Below, one piece after another: positions 53,459-64,000 of a stretch of DNA of 64,000 bases. Positions within the stretch are counted from its first letter, which is position 1. Each line of letters opens with the position of its first letter. Both the position numbers and the translations under genes were made by a program. Below the pieces are notes generated by a model. The model was not told the DNA's origin. It ran no database searches and worked only from the letters and a program-made list of their open reading frames with translations. Source of the stretch: Octopus sinensis (taxonomy: Eukaryota); assembly GCF_006345805.1 (NCBI RefSeq), contig NC_043002.1, forward strand, positions 92,256,001-92,320,000, given 5' to 3'.

Positions 53459-53780
53459 GAAAAACGACCTATGTCTAAAGAAAGACTGAGATTCTTTATT
53501 TATATATTATATGCACATATATGTATATATGAATGTAAATATTTATATATATACCACTCTTATAAATGGCATCTATATTTTATATGTGTCACTTAAAGCG
53601 AGATTATAATTCAAATGTTATTAGCTTTATGTCCTTTAGTTACAATGTAAAAGTCTGAATGACTACATATACACAGATACATACATACACATAAATACAT
53701 ACACACATACATACATACATGCATACATGCATACATACATACATACATACGTGTGTGTGTGTGTGTGTGTGTATTTGTAG

Positions 53781-54055
53781 AGGCGCAATGACCCGGTGGT
53801 TAGGGCAGCGGACTCGCGGTCGGAGAATCGCAGTTTCGATTCCCAGACCGGGCGTTGTGTGTGTTTATTGACCAAAAACACCTAAAAGCTCCACGAGGCT
53901 CCGGCAGGGGGTGGTGGTGACCCCTGTTGTACTCTTTCGCCACAACTTTCTCACACTCTCTCTTCCTGTTTCTTGAGTAACGCTGCAATGGACTGACGTC
54001 CCATCCAGCTGCGGGAACACATACGCCACAGAAACCGGGAAACCGGGCCCATGAG

Positions 54056-54058
<3 letters not shown>
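53781..54058 (+). mobile_element. SINE: C head plus F tail, followed by (TA)n and a SINE A tail (54105-54310)
   Basis: The head matches family C; the tail ...acgccacagaaaccgggaaaccgggccc matches 22237-22292. Confidence 0.8.
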
Positions 54059-54096
<38 letters not shown>

Positions 54097-54691
54097 GTAT
54101 GTATATGTTTGTGTGTCTGTATTTGTCCCCCCACCATCGCTTGACAACCGTTGCTGGTGTGTTTACGTCCCCGTAAATTAGCGGTTCGACAAAAAGAGAC
54201 CGATACAATAAGTACTAGGCTTACAAAGAATAAATCCTGAGGTCAATTTGTTCGACTAAAGGTGGTGCTCCAGCATGGCCGCAGTCAAAATGACTGATAT
54301 AGATAAAAGAAAATTAAATAAATAAATAAATAAAAAAACTATATAAAAACTCATAATTACATCCTAGTAGTCATGCTAATTGTTCACCGCACAGACACAA
54401 ACGCACACGCACACACACACACACACACACATAGACACACACATACACTCACGTAGACACACACACGTACATACACTGGCGTATACAACACTATATTATA
54501 TTTGATTTGCTTTCTGACACCATTATACACTATGGAGATCATAAACAGTCATCGTACATCTACGACCTGGTTACTGATGTATTTCCTCTGCATATTTTGT
54601 CCCGTTCACTTGTATTTATATTTAGAATAAATATAACGCACGCCCTTATTTATATTCAGAACATACACACACATACACACACAAAAGCGCA

Positions 54692-54769
<78 letters not shown>

Positions 54770-54773
54770 GTAA

Positions 54774-55170
54774 CTAGCAGTATCGCCCGGCGTTGCTCGG
54801 GTTTGTAAGGGAAATAACTATATAAGCATTTTTAGAGAGTTATAGCCAAAAAATAACAAAAAAATGCATTAAAAATGGAAAATAAATGATGGTAAATTTT
54901 TTTTTAAATCGTTGACTCATCGTAGACATTTTTAGAGAGTTACTTCCCTTATATAATAGCGAAACAAATGCATTAAAATCGAAAAATGATGGTAAATATT
55001 TTTTTAAATCGTAGACTCATCGTAGACGCCCGCTAATACCCAGAAGGGCTCGATATGAATCACGACTATAAGATAGCCGCTTTTGGTTAAACTGCCCCGC
55101 AAAATGTGGGAGTAGTTAGGAATCTAAATCGTAGGAGACAGACACACAACTTCTCTTTTATATATAAAGA
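54774..55170 (-). mobile_element. Non-autonomous Helitron (397 bp)
   Basis: The minus strand starts A|TC (55171/55170), ends CTAG|T (54774/54773) and has the subterminal hairpin cccg-agcaacgc-cggg; no TSD. Confidence 0.8.
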
Positions 55171-55191
55171 TATATATATATATATATATAT

Positions 55192-55534
55192 ATCAACAAT
55201 CAAGGAACGGACATAATAGGCCATTCACCCACTAGAAATAACAGCCAAAGCTTCAACCGCAAATAAAAGTCAATTCCGTAAACAGGAGAAAATTTAAAAA
55301 ACATTTACCCTACGGTGCACCGTTTCGTCTGCTGTTTAATGGTAAACTAACCTGATTAAATTAAATCAAGCCAATCTTCCATAGGCCCTCAGATTCTTCA
55401 GTAAGAAATAGCCACAAGTCGGAACAGATATTTACACGAGGCATTTCCGACCCTGCCAAGTTAATATCTGACCTAAAATTTTCAAATCATCGCACTCGCG
55501 CCAAATTTATCGGCAGCAAATAAATATAAGCCAT
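55192..55534 (-). repeat. Inverted partial monomer of the 475-bp array (fold-back arm, 343 bp)
   Basis: Reverse complement of 55538-55877; junction aagccat-cga-atggctt. Confidence 0.92.
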
Positions 55535-55537
55535 CGA

Positions 55538-58352
55538 ATGGCTTATATTTATTGCTGCCGATAAATTTGGCGCGAGTGCGATGATTTGAAATTTTAGGTC
55601 AGATATTAACTTGGCAGGGTCGGAAATGCCTCGTGTAAATATCTGTTCCGACTTGTGGCTATTTCTACTGAAGAATCTGAGGGCCTATGGAAGATTGGCT
55701 TGATTTATTTAATCAGGTTAGTTTACCATTAAACAGCAGACGAAACGGTGCACCGTAGGGTAATGTTTTTTAAATTTTCTCCTGTTTACGACGGAATGGA
55801 CTTTTATTTGCGGTTGAAGCTTGGCTGTTATTTCTAGTGGGTGAATGGCCTATTATGGCCGTTCCTTGATTGTTGATGGTGAACTTAAAAATGGTCTTAT
55901 GACTATTTATTTTTTCCCACTAGGCCGTGGTGGCAAAAAAATTCTACAAAATTTTTTTTGGCACCCTATATTGATTAATTATGAATTTTCTGGTTAATTC
56001 CGTACGGATTCGATGGCTTATATTATTTGCCTGCCGATAAATTTGGCGCGAGTGCGATGATTTGAAAATTTTAGGTCAGATATTAACTTGGCAGGGTCGG
56101 AAATGCCTCGTGTAAATATCTGTTCCGACTTGTGGCTATTCTTACTGAAGAATATGAGGGCCTATGGAAGATTGGCTTGATTTAATTTAATCAGGTTAGT
56201 TTACCATTAAACAGCAGACGAAACGGTGCACCGTAGGGTAATGTTTTTAAATTTTCTCCTGTTTACGGAATTGACTTTTATTGCGGTTGAAGCTTGGCTG
56301 TTATTTCTAGTGGGTAATGGCCTATTATGGCCGTTCCTTGATTGTTGATGTTGAACTTAAAAATGGTCTATGACTATTTAATTTTTTCCCACTAGGCCGC
56401 TGGTGGCAAAAAAATTCTACAAAATTTTTTTTGGCACCCTATATTGATTAATTATGAATTTTCTGGTTAATTCCGTAATGGAATCGATGGCTTATATTTA
56501 TTTGCTGCCGATAAATTGGCGCGAGTGCGATGATTTGAAAATTTTAGGTCAGATAAACTTGGCAGTCGGAAATGCCTCGTGTAAATATCTGTTCCGACTT
56601 GTGGCTATTTCTACTGAAGAATCTGAGGGCCTATGGAAGATTGGCTTGATTTAATTTAATCAGGTTAGTTTACCATTAAACAGCAGACGAAACGGTGCAC
56701 CGTGGTAAATGTTTTTTAAATTTTCTCCTGTTTACGGAATTGACTTTTATTTGCGGTTGAAGCTTTGGCTGTTATTTCTAGTGGGTGAATGGCCTATTAT
56801 GGCCGTTCCTGATTGTTGATGTTGAACTTAAAAGGTCTATGACTATTTATTTTTTCCCACTAGGCCGCTGGTGGCAAAAAAATTCTACAAAATTTTTTTT
56901 GGCACCCTATATTGATTAATTATGAATTTTCTGGTTAATTCCGTAATGGAATCGATGGCTTATATTTATTGCTGCCGATAAATTTGGCGCGAGTGCGATG
57001 ATTGAAAATTTTAGGTCAGATATTAACTTGGCAGGGTCGGAAATGCCTCGTGTAAATATCTGTTCCGACTTGGGCTATTTCTTACTGAAGAATCTGAGGG
57101 CCTATGGAAGATTGGCTTGATTTAATTTAATCAGGTTAGTTTACCATTAAACAGCAGACGAAACGTGCACCGTAGGGTAAATGTTTTTTAAATTTTCTCC
57201 TGTTTACGGAATTGACTTTTATTTGCGGTTGAAGCTTTGGCTGTTATTTAGTGGGTGAATGGCCTATTATGGCCGTTCCTTGATTGTTGATGTTGAAATT
57301 AAAAATGGTCTATGACTATTTAATTTTTTCCCACTAGGCCGCTGGTGGCAAAAAAATTCTACAAAATTTTTTTTGGCACCCTATATTGATTAATTATGAA
57401 TTTTCTGTTAATTCCGTAATGGATCGATGGCTATATTTATTTGCTGCCGATAAATTTGGCGCGAGTGCGATGATTTGAAAATTTTAGGTCAGATATTAAC
57501 TTGGCAGGGTCGGAAATGCCTCGTGTAAATATCTGTTCCGACTTGTGGCTATTTCTTACTGAAGATCTGAGGGCCTATGGAAGATTGGCTTGATTTAATT
57601 TAATCAGGTTAGTTTACCATTAAACAGCAGACGAAACGGTGCACCGTAGGGTAAATGTTTTTTAAATTTTCTCCTGTTTACGGAATTGACTTTTATTTGC
57701 GGTTGAAGCTTTGGCTGTTATTTCTAGTGGGTGAATGGCCTATTATGGCCGTTCCTTGATTGTTGATGTTGAACTTAAAAATGGTCTATGACTATTTAAT
57801 TTTTTCCCACTAGGCCGCTGGTGGCAAAAAAATTCTACAAAATTTTTTTTGGCACCCTATATTGATTAATTATGAATTTTCTGGTTAATTCCGTAATGGA
57901 TTCGATGGCTTATATTTATTTGCTGCCGATAAATTTGGCGCGAGTGCGATGATTTGAAAATTTTAGGTCAGATATTAACTTGGCAGGGTCGGAAATGCCT
58001 CGTGTAAATATCTGTTCCGACTTGTGGCTATTTCTTACTGAAGAATCTGAGGGCCTATGGAAGATTGGCTTGATTTAATTTAATCAGGTTAGTTTACCAT
58101 TAAACAGCAGACGAAACGGTGCACCGTAGGGTAAATGTTTTTTAAATTTTCTCCTGTTTACGGAATTGACTTTTATTTGCGGTTGAAGCTTTGGCTGTTA
58201 TTTCTAGTGGGTGAATGGCCTATTATGGCCGTTCCTTGATTGTTGATGTTGAACTTAAAAATGGTCTATGACTATTTAATTTTTTCCCACTAGGCCGCTG
58301 GTGGCAAAAAAATTCTACAAAATTTTTTTGGCACCTATATTGATTAATTATG

Positions 58353-58356
<4 letters not shown>
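55538..58356 (+). repeat. Tandem array of ~5.9 copies of a ~475-bp monomer
   Basis: Monomer starts (atggct) at 55538, 56013, 56487, 56955, 57427 and 57905. The copies differ mainly by 1-nt indels. Confidence 0.97.
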
Positions 58357-58390
<34 letters not shown>

Positions 58391-58402
58391 TCATTTACTC
58401 TT

Positions 58403-58738
58403 TTACTCATATATATATATACTCATTTACTCTTTTACTTGTGTCAGTCATTTGGCTGCGGCCATGCTGGAGCACCGCCTTTAGTCGAGCGAATCGACCC
58501 CACGACTTATTCTTTGTAAGCCTAGTACTTATTCTATTGGGCTCTTTTGCCGAACCGCTAAGTTACGGGGACGTAAATGCACCACCGTCGGTTGTGAAGC
58601 GATGTTGTGGGGGAGGGGAGAAAAACAGATACACAAACACACACATGCATACATACATAAATACATGCATACATACACACACACACACACTCACACATAC
58701 ACACACCACACACACACACACACACCACACACACACAC

Positions 58739-58792
<54 letters not shown>

Positions 58793-58940
58793 ATACATAT
58801 ATACGACGGGCTTCTAACAGTTTCCGTCTACCAAATCCACTCACAAGGCTTTGGTTGGCAAGAGGCTATAGTAGAAGACACTTGTTCAATGTTCCACGCA
58901 GTGGGACTGAACCCAGAACCATGTGGCTGGTAAGCAAGCT
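58403..58940 (-). mobile_element. SINE family A, full length
   Basis: Tail, (CA)n(TA)n and head in order. Confidence 0.9.
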
Positions 58941-59135
58941 ACTTAGCACACAGCCACTCAGTAATAACATGACAACAAAAGAATGAAAGAGACCGCGGTA
59001 TTATGTAAATAGAGGAATTTATCTATAAATATATGTGACAATTATTCGGTTGCCATAATAAACTTCGAATTTCGAATGTCGGGGCGTAAATCTGCTCCGG
59101 TATCTGGTCAGTTATTAAGACAAACAAAAAAAAAT

Positions 59136-59166
<31 letters not shown>

Positions 59167-59390
59167 GGACAAGTTTCTTTTAGTTTCCGGCAGTCAAATA
59201 TCCACTCACGAGGCTTTGGTCGGCCCAAGGCTATAGTAGAGGAGTTTTGCTAATAATGTCACGCAGTGGGACTGAACTCGGAACTATGTGGTGTTTGAGA
59301 AGCAAACTTCTTATGAAACATCCGTCCACACTTATACGTATACGTACATACATTTCACATATATATATATTTATAAATAAATATTATATA

Positions 59391-59528
<138 letters not shown>

Positions 59529-59909
59529 ATATTTATAAATATATATATATGTCTGGTGTGTGTGTGTTTGTATGCATGCATGTATGTATGTATGTATGTA
59601 TCAAAATGAGGAGACCGGAGCGGACTCTGGCCATCTCTCTGACGACTGGGTGTTCGCGAGTGAGGATGAGCCAACTAGCTCCCGATCCTGTTGTCTATTG
59701 GAGGATGGTAGAGATTCGTGTTTCCCTGCTGATAATATATATGTACGGGGTGCAGTGTGCACCTATGACCAGCCGATGGATGATCTGCCTGGGGTTAAAC
59801 CAGTAGTAACATTGAACAGCCATAATGATGTGGTGGCGATTAACTTTACTTGTTAGTATATAGTTACTACGCTCATCTCTTATTGGGATTTTACAACCAG
59901 CTACTTTGC

Positions 59910-59960
<51 letters not shown>

Positions 59961-60574
59961 CACGCACACACACACGCACACACACTCATATATATATATA
60001 TGTATATACTCATTTACTCTGTTACTTGTGTTAGTCATTTGGCTACGGCCATGCTGGAGTACCGCCTTTAGTCGACTACTCTTTGTAAGCCTAGTACTTA
60101 TTCTATTGGTCTCTTTTGCCGTAGAGAGAGAGATGGAAAGAGAGAGAGAGTGAAGGGGAGGAAAGATAGCCAGAGACTTTTAATCTAAATGAGTAAATGT
60201 TTTAGTCTCTTCCTCCCCATCCCAAGACTGAACTTTAGGAATCAACTCAATTTAATCATATCAGTTGCAAAACCTTCAATTTGTCATCATATATGTCTCA
60301 ATCTATTTACTTCTATTTACTTATTTTTTTCTATCCCGCTTAGTCACATGCTCTTTCATAATTCCTTTTTTTTTTCTTGTCTTTTTTTTTTCTAAATTAT
60401 TAATCATAGCTGACTGGTGTTTCTACAACCATCCTCTGCGTGTGAAGATCTTACAAATCTCAGCGATATCTAACGTTGCACCTTTTATTCTTTTCAATAA
60501 TTTTTCGCTGGTAATCCTTGACTTTGAGAAAAGTCTCATTTATGTAGTTATTCCTACAATGACAAAGACATCTC

Positions 60575-60787
60575 TAACGGTAGCACGTCGGGCGAAATAC
60601 GTAGCCGTATTTCGTCTGCAGTTTCGTTCTGAGTTCAAATTCCGCCGAGGTCGACTTTGCCTTTCATCCTTCCGGGGTCGATAAATTAAGTACCAGTGAC
60701 GCACTGGGGTCGATATAATCGACTTAATCCCTTTGTCTGTCCTTGTTTGTCCCCTCTGTGTTTAGCCCCTTGTGGGCAATAAAGAAA
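60575..60787 (+). mobile_element. SINE family B, near full length
   Basis: Nearly identical to 62981-63212. Confidence 0.88.
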
Positions 60788-61149
60788 TATATATATATAA
60801 ACGTGTGTCTGTGTGTGTGTCCTTTATACAAATCCACAATTTTTCGGTTAGAGGGCTCGCATTTTCTATGGTCATTCAAAACTGCCCAAGGGTGGTCGTA
60901 CACATCTTTACATTTCCCCAGTCACCACACAAAGCCATTAACAAATCAATAGAAGTGACTTTTTTGTGAATTTTCTATCCAAAACCCAATCAAAATGCCC
61001 GAAACTTGATACGCCAATTGAATGCCAGCTAGCTGTGTGTGATTGGTCGGAGATTTGGCCAGTACCCGCGTGTATGTGCGCACGCACGCAGCTGTATATG
61101 CATGCACTAGCACTATGACCCGGCAACGTTGCTGGGTCATAGTGCTAGT
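60788..61149 (+). mobile_element. Probable non-autonomous Helitron-like element
   Basis: The 3' end acccggcaacgttgctgggtcatagtgCTAG|t resembles the 3' end of 54774-55170; the 5' start is obscured by a SINE B. Confidence 0.5.
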
Positions 61150-61214
61150 GTAAAAATAAAAGATTATCCGTTTGTCTAGTTTAAAATATTCCTCTAGCAA
61201 TTGTTACTGTTTTA

Positions 61215-61515
61215 AGAAAAAAGCAACTACTTTCTTCATATCAGGTTTTCTATATATACAACACTTCAGTGCCCTTCCAAAAAGACTGAGAGACCGATAT
61301 GGCATGGATGTAGGTGTCTTCAAAACAAAGCTGTCAAGGGTTCCTGATGAACAGACCTCGCGGCAAGAAACGCAGATGAGGGCAGCAACATCAAACTCCC
61401 TCATTCATCACACATCGGCGGTGGTTTCAAGTAGTTTCAAGTAGCAGAAGAGTAGCAAAGCTAATGGCGGTGCCCCAGCATGGCCAAGGCTCTCCAGCTG
61501 AAACTAGTAAAAAGA
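61215..61515 (+). mobile_element. CR1-like LINE 3' end
   Basis: FSALPKRLRD..GMDVGVFKTKL..VPDE..SRQETQMRAATSNSLIH, then the tail ggcggtgccccagcatggcc...gctgaaactagtaaaaag. Confidence 0.7.
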
Positions 61516-61809
61516 AAACGAAAACGTCTCTCCAGAATTATATACCACTCTACATTACTGCATTCATACTTCTGAATATTTCTTGGGGGAGGGGGAATTC
61601 ATATTGGTTTTATTAGAAATTATAATGAGCTTTGTATTTATAATTGGCTCAGACAGTGTATAAGGAATACAAAAGTCGCTTAGGAATTGTGCTGCGATTC
61701 CAAGTAAGCTTCCCACTATAACTTGAGGGAAAGTTACTGTAAATAAACTAGTGACATATCGAAAGGTATAGCATTCGTCTTTTAATGGAATTCTCTAGCG
61801 GTCGAGTGT

Positions 61810-61856
61810 CTATCATTGACGAGACCAAGGAAGGCCGAAAACACCTGATCTGGTGG
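61810..61856 (+). ncRNA. Type I hammerhead motif (U3 core)
   Basis: ctatca-TTGACGA-gacc-aaggaa-ggcc-GAAA-acacctga-TC|tggtgg. Confidence 0.6.
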
Positions 61857-61927
61857 TCGCGGCGCTGGTGGTAGCGGGGATTTATGTCTTCGCTATCAAT
61901 ACAAACAAGAGTGCATTTAGAACCAAA

Positions 61928-62139
61928 AGGCGACGAGCTGGCAGAAACGTTAGCACGCCGGGCGAAATGCGTAGCCGTATTTCGTCTGCCGTTACGTTCT
62001 GAGTTCAAATTCCGCCGAGGTCGACTTTGCTTTTCATCCTTTCGGGGTCGATAAATTAAGTACCAGTTACGCACTGGGGTCGATATCTGTCCTTGTTTGT
62101 CCCCCCTGTGTTTAGCCCCTTGTAGGTAGTAAAGAAATA
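61928..62139 (+). mobile_element. SINE family B with a 13-bp TSD
   Basis: TSD atttagaaccaaa at 61915-61927 and 62140-62152. Confidence 0.93.
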
Positions 62140-62389
62140 ATTTAGAACCAAATGCCGATATGAGAGTTTCTTTCATGTTAACTATCGCAGTATAGTTTGT
62201 TCTAACAGAACATCCATTTTTAAGTGTGGATAACTTCTACCTATCAGTATTGATATCACCTCTTTCGCTCCTATACATTTTTGTAACACGCTAACTGGCT
62301 AATTGCAAGACCACCTCCTGTTCTGGCACTGTTATTCTATATATCGTTGGTGGAGAGATGAATCGCTGCTATCTCTAGTGCTTGAACGT

Positions 62390-62436
62390 CTATCCTTGAC
62401 GAGACCAAGGAAGATCGAAATTACGTGATCTGGTGG
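62390..62436 (+). ncRNA. Type I hammerhead motif (U3 core)
   Basis: ctatcc-TTGACGA-gacc-aaggaa-gatc-GAAA-ttacgtga-TC|tggtgg. Confidence 0.6.
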
Positions 62437-62839
62437 TCTTGCCACTGGAGATGGCGGGGGTTTATCTTCCCGCTAGCGATATCAACAAGAATACATTTTG
62501 CACCAAAAGCCAATATAAGATTTTTTTATGATAGCAATCGCAGTATAGTTTGTTCTAACGGAACATCTACGTTAAAATGGAGATGAATATTACTTCTCGA
62601 GATTAATGCTACCTCTGACGCTAATATACATTTTTTTTTAGCTAACTGGCAAATAGTGACATCAACACCTGTTCTAGCATTGTTTTATAAGCTCAAGGGT
62701 GGCTGTGTGTTAAGAAGTTTGCTTCCCAACCACATGGTTCCTTGAACAAGTGTCTTCTACTATGGCCTCAGGCCGACAAAGTCTGTGAGTGGATTTTGTA
62801 GACAGAAACTGAAAGAAGCTCATCGTACATATATATATG

Positions 62840-62871
<32 letters not shown>

Positions 62872-62879
62872 ATATATAA

Positions 62880-63380
62880 TATAAAAACGGGAAGCTTTAT
62901 GAAAATAAACAAAAGACGAAGGCAGGTGGAGTACAAACAATAATTGTATTAGTATGGCGCTCAGGAATATAAATAAAATAAGGCGGCGAGCTGGCAGAAA
63001 CGTTAGCACGCCGGGCGAAATGTGTAGCCATATTTCATCTGTCGCTAAGTTCTGAGTTCAAATTCCGCCGAGGTCGACTTTGCCTTTCATCCTTTCGGGG
63101 TCGATAAATTAAGTACCAGTTACGCACTGGGGTCGATGTAATCGGCTTAATCTGTTTGTCTGTCCTTGTTTGTCCCCTCTGTGTTTAGCCCCTTGTGGGT
63201 AGTAAAGAAATAAATATAAATAAAACAAGTCTTTTATGTTTCGGGCCTACGCTCTTCAACAGAAAGATACACAGAAAAGAAACACGGAGAGAAACAAGGA
63301 GAAAAAAAAAATGTGAGAAAAAAAATGCGTGCAGAAGTTAGCGATTCAACATGGCGATCTGATTCTGGCCAGAAGTCAGA
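62880..63380 (-). mobile_element. pLTR-like element (same family as 10000-10200) interrupted by a SINE B
   Basis: aaacaaaagacgaaggcaggtg...cgctcagga before the SINE and cttttatgtttcgggcctacgctcttcaacagaaag after it. Confidence 0.6.
62981..63212 (+). mobile_element. SINE family B, full length, with a 13-bp TSD
   Basis: aggcggcgagctggcagaaacgttagc...gagttcaaattcc; TSD aatataaataaaa at 62966-62978 and 63213-63225. Confidence 0.93.
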
Positions 63381-63529
63381 GATCAAACGTGAGACGCAAG
63401 AGCGAAAATAGGGGAGATAACAGCGTCAAATGACTTCGCCCCAACATAAGGGTGCGTGTGTGTATGAATGCGTATGAAAGGTCTGGAGGTGTGTGTGTAT
63501 GTATGATGTGATGTGTAATGTCGTATGGT

Positions 63530-63990
63530 GTAGTGTAGAGAGAGGAGATGAGGGGGAAGTGGAGGAGGAGGGAGAGTGGAGGGGGAGATGAGGGGGAGAG
63601 GGGGGAAAGATGAGGGGTGAGAGAGGGGGAGAGGGGGAGAAGGAAAGAGGAGGAGGGAGAAGAGGAAAGGTGAGAGTGGGGAGGGTTGTGATGAGGGGGA
63701 GGGGGAGAATTGGGGGAGAAGGAAGAAGGAGGGGTGAGGATGAGTGAGGGGAGGGGGAGAGGGAGGGAGAAGGAAAGAGGAGAAGAGGGGGAGGAGGGGG
63801 AAAGGAGGAGGAGGGGAGGAGAGAAGGGGAGTGAGGGAGCAGAGAGAAAGAGAGAAGGGGAAGAGGGAAGAAGAAAGAGGAAAGAGGAAAGAAGAGGAGG
63901 GAAGATGAGGGAAAGAGAGTAGGGGTGAAAAGATGAAGGACCGAAGAGAAGCAGGAGTCGGGGGGAGGTTAGATGAGGAGGGAGAGTTGA
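63530..63990. repeat. Polypurine (G/A-rich) low-complexity tract
   Basis: Direct reading. Confidence 0.9.
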
Positions 63991-64000
63991 GACCAAATGG

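Larger units (their letters stand above)
61790..62690 (+). repeat. Tandem copies of the hammerhead-bearing ~355-bp unit (locus 2)
   Basis: Hammerheads at 61810-61856 and 62390-62436 are 580 bp apart. Removing the SINE B and one TSD (225 bp) gives a 355-bp period. The third copy is truncated near 62690. Confidence 0.8.

Noticed and set aside
55530-55545. Missed SMRTbell adapter as the cause of the fold-back
   Set aside because: No adapter-like sequence is visible at the 3-nt centre, and the inversion is followed by direct rather than alternating copies. An assembly artefact is still not excluded.
55538-58356. CRISPR array or protein-coding repeat
   Set aside because: Whole monomers repeat with no unique spacers, and only short ORFs (66 aa or less within the array) are present.
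63376-63996. 206-aa Pro/Ser/Leu-rich ORF
   Set aside because: Translation of the polypyrimidine low-complexity strand.

Overview
Repeat-saturated, AT-rich animal genomic DNA. The SINE, microsatellite and transposon complement looks like a cephalopod (Octopus-like) genome; this is pattern recognition, not a database result. No host protein-coding gene, rRNA, true tRNA or CRISPR array can be supported, and nearly all ORFs in the track are microsatellite read-throughs. Identifiable content: many tRNA-derived SINEs of several modular families; an R4/Dong-type RLE non-LTR retrotransposon cluster in (TAA)n arrays, including a ~510-codon uninterrupted RT-CCHC-RLE segment; RTE, CR1-like and Penelope (GIY-YIG) remnants; one full-length mariner plus several Tc1/mariner relics and MITEs; two non-autonomous Helitron-like elements; an 8-bp-TSD MITE; a ~475-bp x6 tandem array preceded by a 343-bp fold-back; and a 100-N gap. 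The most notable unexplained signal is a set of type I hammerhead-ribozyme motifs with canonical and variant cores. They occur in (TA)n-flanked fold-back elements and in a ~355-bp tandemly repeated, retrozyme-like unit found at two loci. A weaker hammerhead-like motif lies in each monomer of the 475-bp array.
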